Assembly (NCBI RefSeq): GCF_009914755.1
Contig: NC_060933.1
From: the human T2T-CHM13v2.0 reference genome, Homo sapiens
Reading direction: 5' to 3' (one strand)
Length of the DNA stretch: 64,000 bases
Shown piece by piece: positions 52,901 to 62,300 of this stretch. Within the stretch, counting starts at the first letter, position 1; each line of letters begins with the position of its first letter. The translations under genes and the position numbers were made by a program. Under the pieces are notes generated by a model that worked only from the letters and a program-made list of their open reading frames with translations, was not told the DNA's origin and made no database searches.

Positions 52901-55900
52901 TATTTGGATAGCTTTGAAGGTTTCGTTGTTAACGGGAATATCTTCATATAAAATCAAGACAGAAGCATTCTCAGAAACTTCTCTGTGATGTTTGCATTCA
53001 ACTCATAGAGTTGAACACTTCCCTTCATACAGCAGGTTTGAAACACTCTTTTTGTAATATTTGGAAGTGGACATTGGCAGCGCTTTGAGGCCTATGTTGA
53101 AAAAGGAAATATCTTCTCCTAAAAACCAGACAGAAGCATTCTCAGAAACTTCCTTGTGATGTGTGTACTCAAGTAACAGAGTTGAACCTTCCTTTTGACA
53201 GAGCAGTTTTGAAGCACTCTTTTTGTAGAATCTGCAAGTGGATATTTTGATACCTTTGAGGATTTCGTTGGACACGGGATATCTTCATATAAAATCTAGA
53301 CAGAAGCATTCTCAGAAACTTCTTTGTGCTGTATGTCCTCAATTAACAGAGTTGAACCTTTGTGTGGATACAGCATTTTGGAAACATTCCTTTAGTAGAA
53401 TCTGCAAGTTGATATTTAGATAGCTAGGAAGATTTCCTTGGAAACGGGAATATCTTCATATAAAATCTAGCCGGAAGCATTCTCAGAAAGTGCTTTGTGA
53501 TGTTTGCATTCAAGTCACAGAGTTGAATATTCCCTTTTATAGAGCAGGTTTGAAACACTCTTTCTGCACTACCTGGAAGTGGACATTTGGAGCGCTTTGA
53601 GGCCTATGTTGAAAAAGGAAATATCTTCCCATAAAAACTAGACAGAAGCATTCTCAGAAACTTGTTTGTGATGTGTGTATTCAACTAACAGAGATGAACC
53701 TTTCTTTTTACAGAGCAGTTTTGAAACACTCTTTTTGTGGAATCTGAAAGTGGATATTTGGATAGCTTTGAGGATTTCGTTGGAAACGGGATTACATATA
53801 AAACCTAGAGAGAAGCATTCTCAGGAACTTCTTTGTGATGTTTGCATTCAAGTCACAGAACTGAACATTCCCTTTCATAGAGCAGGTTTGAAACACTCTT
53901 TCTGTAGTATCTGCAAGCTGACGTTTCAAGAGCTTTCAGGCCTATGGTGAGAAAGGAAATATCTTCAAGTAAAAACTAGACAGAAGCATTCTCAGAAACA
54001 TATTTGCCATGTGTGTTCTCAACTAACAGAGTTGAACCTTTGTTTTGATACAGCATTTTGGAAACACTCTTTTTGTAGAATCTGCAGGTGGATATTCGGA
54101 TAGCTTTGAAGGTTTCGTTGGAAACGGGAATATCTTCATATAAAATCAAGACAGAAGCATTCTCAGAAACTTCTCTGTGATGTTTGCATTCAACTCATAG
54201 AGTTGAACACTTCCCTTCATACAGCAGGTTTGAAACACTCTTTTTGTAATATTTGGAAGTGGACATTTGCAGCGCTTTGAGGCCTATGTTGAAAAAGGAA
54301 ATATCTTCTCCTAAAAACCAGACAGAAGAATTCTCAGAAACTTCCTTGTGATGTGTGTACTCAAGTAACAGAGTTGAACCTTACTTTTCACAGAGCCGTT
54401 TTGAAACAGTCTTTTTGTAGAATCTGGAAGTAGATATTTGGATACATTTGAGGATTTCTTTGGAAACGGGATATCTTCATATAAAATCTAGACAGAAGCA
54501 TTCTCAGAAACTTCTTTGTGCTGTATGTCCTCAATTAACAGAGTTGAACCTTTGTGTGGATACAGCATTTTGGAAACACTCCTTTAGTAGAATCTGCAAG
54601 TTGATATTTAGATAGCTAGGAAGATTTCCTTGGAAACGGGAATATCTTCACATAAAATCTAGACGGAAGCATTCTCAGAAACTTCTCTGTGATGCTTGCA
54701 TTCAACTCATAGAGTTGAACACTTCCTTTCATAGAGCAGGTTTGAAACACTCTGTGCACTACCTGGAAGTGGACATTTGGAGCGCTTTGAGGCGTATGTT
54801 GAAAAAGGAAATATCTTCCCATAAAAACTAGACAGAAGCATTCTCAGAAACTTGTTTGTGATGTGTGTATTCAACTAACAGAGATGAACCTTTCTTTTTA
54901 CAGAGCAGTTTTGAAACACTCTTTTTGTGGAATCTGAAAGTGGATATTTGGATAGCTTTGAGGATTTCGTTGGAAACGGGATTACATATAAAATCTAGGG
55001 AGAAGCATTCTCAGGAACTTCTTTGTGATGTTTGCATTCAAGTCACAGAACTGAACATTCCCTTTCATTGAGCAGCTTTGAAACACTCTTTCTGTAGTAT
55101 CTGCAAGCGGACGTTTCAAGCGCTTTCAGGCCTGTGGTGAAAAGGGAAATATCTTCAAATAAAAACTAGACAGAAGCATTCTCAGAAACTTATTTGCGAT
55201 GGGTGTTCTCAACTAACAGAGTTGAACCTTTGTTTTGATACAGCATTTTGGAAACACTCTTTTTGTAGGATCTGCAGGTGGATATTTGGATAGATTTGAA
55301 GGTTTCGTTGGAAACGGGAATATCTTCATATAAAATCAACACAGAAGCATTCTCAGAAACTTCTCTGTGATGTTTGCATTCAACTCATAGAGTTGAACAC
55401 TTCCTTTCATAGAGCTGGTTTGAAATACTCTTTTTGTAATATTTGGAAGTGGACATTGGCAGCGCTTTGAAGCCTATGGTGAAAAAGGAGATATCTTCCC
55501 CTAAAAACCAGACAGAAGCATTCTCTGAATCTTTCTTGTGATGTGTGTACTCAAGTAACAGAGTTGAACCTTCATTTTGACAGAGCAGTTTTGAAGCACT
55601 CTTTTTGTAGAATCTACAAGAGGATATTTTGATACCTTTGAGGATTTCGTTGGACACGGGATATCTTCATATAAAATCTAGACAGAAGCATTCTCAGAAA
55701 CTTCTTTGTGCTGTATGTCCTCAATTAACAGAGTTGAACCTTTGTGTGGATACAGCATTTTGGAAACATTCCTTTAGTAGAATCTGCAAGTTGATATTTA
55801 GATAGCTAGGAAGATTTCCTTGGAAACGGGAATATCTTCATATAAAATCTAGACGGAAGCATTCTCAGAAAGTGCTTTGTGATGTTTGCATTCAAGTCAC

Positions 55901-58900
55901 AGAGTTGAATATTCCCTTTTATAGAGCAGGTTTGAAACACTCTTTCTGCACTACCTGGAAGTGGACATTTGGAGCGCTTTGAGGCCTATGATGAAAAAGG
56001 AAATATCTTCCCATAAAAACTAGACAGAAGCATTCTCAGAAACTTGTTTGTGATGTGTGTATTCAACTAACAGAGATGAACCTTTCTTTTTACAGAGCAG
56101 TTTTGAAACACTCTTTTTGTGGAATCTGAAAGTGGATATTTGGATAGCTTTGAGGATTTCGTTGGAAACGGGATTACATATAAAATCTAGGGAGAAGCAT
56201 TCTCAGGAACTTCTTCGTGATGTTTGCATTCAAGTCACAGAACTGAACATTCCCTTTCATAGTGCAGGTTTGAAACACTCTTTCTGTAGTATCTGCAAGC
56301 TGACGTTTCAAGCGCTTTCAGGCCTGTGGTGAAAAAGGAAATATCTTCAAATAAAAACTAGACAGAAGCATTCTCAGAAACTTATTTGCGATGTGTGTTC
56401 TCAACTAACAGAGTTGAACCTTTGTTTGGATACAACATTTTGGAAACACTCTTTTTGTAGAATCTGCAAGTGGATATTTGGATAGCTTTGAAGGTTTCGT
56501 TGGAAACGGGAATATCTTGATATAAAATCAAGACAGAAGCATTCTCAGAAACTTCTCTGTGATGTTTGCATTCAACTCATAGAGTTGAACACTTCCCTTC
56601 ATACAGCAGGTTTGAAACACTCTTTTTGTAATATTTGGAAGTGGACATTTGCAGCGCTTTGAGGCCTATGATGAAAAAGGAAATATCTTCCCATAAAAAC
56701 TAGACAGAAGCATTCTCAGAAACTTGTTTGTGATGTGTGTATTCAACTAACAGAGATGAACCTTTCTTTTTACCGAGCAGTTTTGAAACACTCTTTTTGT
56801 GGAATCTGAAAGTGGATATTTGGATAGCTTTGCGGATTTCGTTGGAAACGGGATTACATATAAAATCTAGGGAGAAGCATTCTCAGGAACTTCCTTGTGA
56901 TGTTTGCATTCAAGTCACAGAACTGAACATTCCCTTTCATAGAGCAGGTTTGAAACACTCTTTCTGTAGTATCTGCAAGCGGACGTTTCAAGCGCTTTCA
57001 GGCCTGTGGTGAAAAGGAAATATCTTCAAATAAAAACTAGACAGAAGCATTCTCAGAAACTTATTTGCGATGTGTGTTCTCAACTAAAAGAGTTGAACCT
57101 TTGTTTGGATACAGCATTTTGCAAACACTCTTTTTGTAGAATCTGCAAGTGGATATTTGGATAGCTTTGAAGGTTTCGTTGGAAACGGGAATATCTTCAT
57201 ATAAAATCAAGACAGAAGCATTCTCAGAAACTTCTCTGTGATGTTTGCATTCAACTCATAGAGTTGAACACTTCCCTTCATACAGCAGGTTTGAAACACT
57301 CTTTTTGTAATATTTGGAAGTGGACATTTGCAGCGCTTTAAGGCCTATGTTGAAAAAGGAAATATCTTCTCCTAAAAACCAGACAGAAGCATTCTCAGAA
57401 ACATCCTTGTGATGTGTGTACTCAAGTAACAGAGTTGAACCTTCCTTTTGACAGAGCAGTTTTGAAGCACTCTTTTTGTAGAATCTGCAAGTGGATATTT
57501 TGATACCTTTGAGGATTTCGTTGGACACGGGATATCTTCATATAAAATCTAGACAGAAGCATTCTCAGAAACTTCTTTGTGCTGTATGTCCTCAATTAAC
57601 AGAGTTGAACCTTTGTGTGGATACAGCATTTTGGAAACATTCCTTTAGTAGAATCTGCAAGTTGATATTTAGATAGCTAGGAAGATTTCCTTGGAAACGG
57701 GAATATCTTCATATAAAATCTAGCCGGAAGCATTCTCAGAAAGTGCTTTGTGATGTTTGCATTCAAGTCACAGAGTTGAATATTCCCTTTTATAGAGCAG
57801 GTTTGAAACACTCTTTCTGCACTACCTGGAAGTGGACATTTGGAGCGCTTTGAGGCCTATGTTGAAAAAGGAAATATCTTCCCATAAAAACTAGACAGAA
57901 GCATTCTCAGAAACTTGTTTGTGATGTGTGTATTCAACTAACAGAGATGAACCTTTCTTTTTACAGAGCAGTTTTGAAACACTCTTTTTGTGGAATCTGA
58001 AAGTGGATATTTGGATAGCTTTGAGGATTTCGTTGGAAACGGGATTACATATAAAACCTAGAGAGAAGCATTCTCAGGAACTTCTTTGTGATGTTTGCAT
58101 TCAAGTCACAGAACTGAACATTCCCTTTCATAGAGCAGGTTTGAAACACTCTCTCTGTAGTATCTGCAAGCTGACGTTTCAAGAGATTTCAGGCCTATGG
58201 TGAGAAAGGAAATATCTTCAAGTAAAAACTAGACAGAAGCATTCTCAGAAACATATTTGCCATGTGTGTTCTCAACTAACAGAGTTGAACCTTTGTTTTG
58301 ATACAGCATTTTGGAAACACTCTTTTTGTAGAATCTGCAGGTGGATATTCGGATAGCTTTGAAGGTTTCGTTGGAAACGGGAATATCTTCATATAAAATC
58401 AAGACAGAAGCATTCTCTGAAACTTCTCTGTGATGTTTGCATTCAACTCATAGAGTTGAACACTTCCCTTCATACAGCAGGTTTGAAACACTCTTTTTGT
58501 AATATTTGGAAGTGGACATTTGCAGCGCTTTGAGGCCTATGTTGAAAAAGGAAATATCTTCTCCTAAAAACCAGACAGAAGAATTCTCAGAAACTTCCTT
58601 GTGATGTGTGTACTCAAGTAACAGAGTTGAACCTTACTTTTGACAGAGCCGTTTTGAAACAGTCTTTTTGTAGAATCTGGAAGTAGATATTTGGATACCT
58701 TTGAGGATTTCTTTGGAAACGGGATATCTTCATATAAAATCTAGACAGAAGCATTCTCAGAAACTTCTTTGTGCTGTATGTCCTCAATTAACAGAGTTGA
58801 ACCTTTGTGTGGATACAGCATTTTGGAAACACTCCTTTAGTAGAATCTGCAAGTTGATATTTAGATAGCTAGGAAGATTTCCTTGGAAAAGGGAATATCT

Positions 58901-59349
58901 TCACATAAAATCTAGACGGAAGCATTCTCAGAAACTTCTCTGTGATGCTTGCATTCAACTCATAGAGTTGAACACTTCCTTTCATAGAGCAGGTTTGAAA
59001 CACTCTGTGCACTACCTGGAAGTGGACATTTGGAGCGCTTTGAGGCGTATGTTGAAAAAGGAAATATCTTCCCATAAAAACTAGACAGAAGCATTCTCAG
59101 AAACTTGTTTGTGATGTGTGTATTCAACTAACAGAGATGAACCTTTCTTTTTACAGAGCAGTTTTGAAACACTCTTTTTGTGGAATCTGAAAGTGGATAT
59201 TTGGATAGCTTTGAGGATTTCGTTGGAAACGGGATTACATATAAAATCTAGGGAGAAGCATTCTCAGGAACTTCTTTGTGATGTTTGCATTCAAGTCACA
59301 GAAGTGAACATTCCCTTTCATTGAGCAGCTTTGAAACACTCTTTCTGTA
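38000..59349 (+). repeat. ~4252-bp 25-mer super-repeat (7+7+4+7): four full copies, one 14-mer copy and partial ends
   Basis: EcoRI sites lie at 39192, 43443, 47695, 50076, 54328 and 58581 (spacings 4251, 4252, 2381, 4252, 4253). The variants 'ctagccggaa', 'tttcaagag' and 'aaacatattt' recur at the same spacings; 'tttcattgagc' recurs in every copy except the short one. Confidence 0.9.
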
Positions 59350-62300
59350 GTATCTGCAAGCGGACGTTTCAAGCGCTTTCAGGCCTATGGTGAGAAAGGT
59401 AATATCTTCAAGTAAAAACTAGACAGAAGCATTCTCAGAAACTTATTTGCCATGTGTGTTCTCAACTAACAGAGTTGAACCTTTGTTTGGATACGGCATT
59501 TTGGAAACACTCTTTTTGTAGAATCTGCAGGTGGATATTCGGATAGCTTTGAAGGTTTCGTTGGAAACGGGAATATCTTCATATAAAATCTAGACGGAAG
59601 CATTCTCAGAAACTGCTTTGTGATGTTTTCATTCAAGTCACAGAGTAGAATGTTCCCTTTTATATACCAGGTTTCAGACACTCTTTCTGCACTATCTGGA
59701 AGTGGACATTTGGAGCGCTTTGAGGCCTATGATGAAAAAGGAAATATCTTCCCATAAAAACTAGACAGAAGCATTCTCAGAAACTTGTTTGTGATGTGTG
59801 TATTCAACTAACAGAGATGAACTTTTTTTTTTACAGAGCAGGTTTGAAACACTCTTTTTGTGGAATCTGAAAGTGCATATTTGGATAGCTTTGAGGATTT
59901 CGTTGGAAACGGGATTACATATAAAATCTAGAGAGAAGCATTCTCAGGAACTTCTTTGTGATGTTTGCATTCAAGTCACAGAACTGAACATTCCCTTTCA
60001 TAGAGCATGTTTGAAACACTCTTTCTGTAGTATCTGCAAACGGAGATTTCAAGCGCTTTCAGGCCTATGGTAAGAAAGGAAATATCTTCAAATAAAAACT
60101 AGACAGAAGCATTCTCAGAAACTTATTTGCGATGTGTGTCCTCAACTAACAGAGTTGAACCTTTGTTTTGATACAACATTTTGGAAACACTCTTTTTGTA
60201 GAATCTGCAAGTGGATATTTGGATAGCTTTGAAGGTTTCGTTGGAAACGGGAATATCTTCATATAAAATCAAGACAGAAGCATTCTCAGAAACTTCTCTG
60301 TGATGTTTGCATTCAACTCATAGAGTTGAACACTTCCCTTCATAGAGCAGGTTTGAAACACTCTTTTTGTAATATTTGGAAGTGGACATTTGCAGCGCTT
60401 TGAGGCCTATGTTGAAAAAGGAAATATCTTCTCCTAAAAACCAGACAGAAGCATTCTCAGAAACTTCCTTGTGATGTGTGTACTCAAGTAACAGAGTTGA
60501 ACCTTACTTTGGACAGAGCCGTTTTGAAACAGTCTTTTTGTAGAATCTGGAAGTAGATATTTGGATACCTTTGAGGATTTCTTTGGAAACGGTATATCTT
60601 CATATAAAATCTAGACAGAAGCATTCTCAGAAACTTCTTTGTGCTGTATGTCCTCAATTAACAGAGTTGAACCTTTGTGTGGATACAGCATTTTGGAAAC
60701 ATTCCTTTAGTAGGATATGCAAGTTGATATTTAGATAGCTAGGAAGATTTCCTTGGAAACGGGAATATCTTCATATAAAATCTAGACGGAAGCATTCTCA
60801 GAAAGTGCTTTGTGATGTTTGCATTCAAGTCACAGAGTTGAATGTTCCCTTTTATAGAGCAGGTTTGAAACACTCTTTCTGCACTACCTGGAAGTGGACA
60901 TTTGGAGCGCTTTGAGGCCTATGTTGAAAAAGGAAATATCTTCCCATAAAAACTAGACAGAAGCATTCTCAGAAACTTGTTTGTGATGTGTGTATTCAAC
61001 TAACAGAGATGAACCTTTCTTTTTACAGAGCAGTTTTGAAACACTCTTTTTGTGGAATCTGAAAGTGGATATTTGGATAGCTTTGAGGATTTCGTTGGAA
61101 ACGGGATTACATATAAAATCTAGAGAGAAGCATTCTCAGGAACTTCTTTGTGATGTTTGCATTCAAGTCACAGAACTGAACATTCCCTTTCATAGAGCAT
61201 GTTTGAAACACTCTTTCTGTAGTATCCGCAAGCGGACGTTTCAAGCGCTTTCAGGCCTATGGTGAGAAAGGAAATATCTTCAAGTAAAAACTAGACAGAA
61301 GCATTCTCAGAAACTTATTTGCCATGTGTGTTCTCAACTAACAGAGTTGAACCTTTGTTTGGATACGGCATTTTGGAAACACTCTTTTTGTAGAATCTGC
61401 AGGTGGATATTCGGATAGCTTTGAAGGTTTCGTTGGAAACGGGAATATCTTCATATAAAATCTAGACGGAAGCATTCTCAGAAACTGCTTTGTGATGTTT
61501 TCATTCAAGTCACAGAGTAGAATGTTCCCTTTTATATACCAGGTTTCAGACACTCTTTCTGCACTATCTGGAAGTGGACATTTGGAGCGCTTTGAGGCCT
61601 ATGATGAAAAAGGAAATATCTTCCCATAAAAACTAGACAGAAGCATTCTCAGAAACTTGTTTGTGATGTGTGTATTCAACTAACAGAGATGAACCTTTTT
61701 TTTTACAGAGCAGTTTTGAAACACTCTTTTTGTGGAATCTGAAAGTGCATATTTGGATAGCTTTGAGGATTTCGTTGGAAACGGGATTACATATAAAATC
61801 TAGAGAGAAGCATTCTCAGGAACTTCTTTGTGATGTTTGCATTCAAGTCACAGAACTGAACATTCCCTTTCATAGAGCATGTTTGAAACACTCTTTCTGT
61901 AGTATCTGCAAACGGAGATTTCAAGCGCTTTCAGGCCTATGGTAAGAAAGGAAATATCTTCAAATAAAAACTAGACAGAAGCATTCTCAGAAACTTATTT
62001 GCGATGTGTGTCCTCAACTAACAGAGTTGAACCTTTGTTTTGATACAACATTTTGGAAACACTCTTTTTGTAGAATCTGCAAGTGGATATTTGGATAGCT
62101 TTGAAGGTTTCGTTGGAAACGGGAATATCTTCATATAAAATCAAGACAGAAGCATTCTCAGAAACTTCTCTGTGATGTTTGCATTCAACTCATAGAGTTG
62201 AACACTTCCCTTCATAGAGCAGGTTTGAAACACTCTTTTTGTAATATTTGGAAGTGGACATTTGCAGCGCTTTGAGGCCTATGTTGAAAAAGGAAATATC

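Larger units (their letters stand above)
2132..59349 (+). repeat. Heterogeneous island of 7-mer/4-mer HOR structural variants
   Basis: Unit sizes in monomers between successive A monomers from 276 to 63542: 4,7,4,4,7,4,7,4,7,7,4,7,7,4,13,4,4,7,7,4,7,4,7,7,4,7,12,7,4,7,4,7,7,4,7,7,7,7,7,4,7,7,7,4,7,7,7,7,7,4,7,7,7,4,7,7,4,7,4,7,4. Confidence 0.85.

Noticed and set aside
59822-59833. T11 run as a microsatellite or retro-insertion tail
   Set aside because: It results from C>T substitutions in 'cctttctttttac' with no change in unit length.
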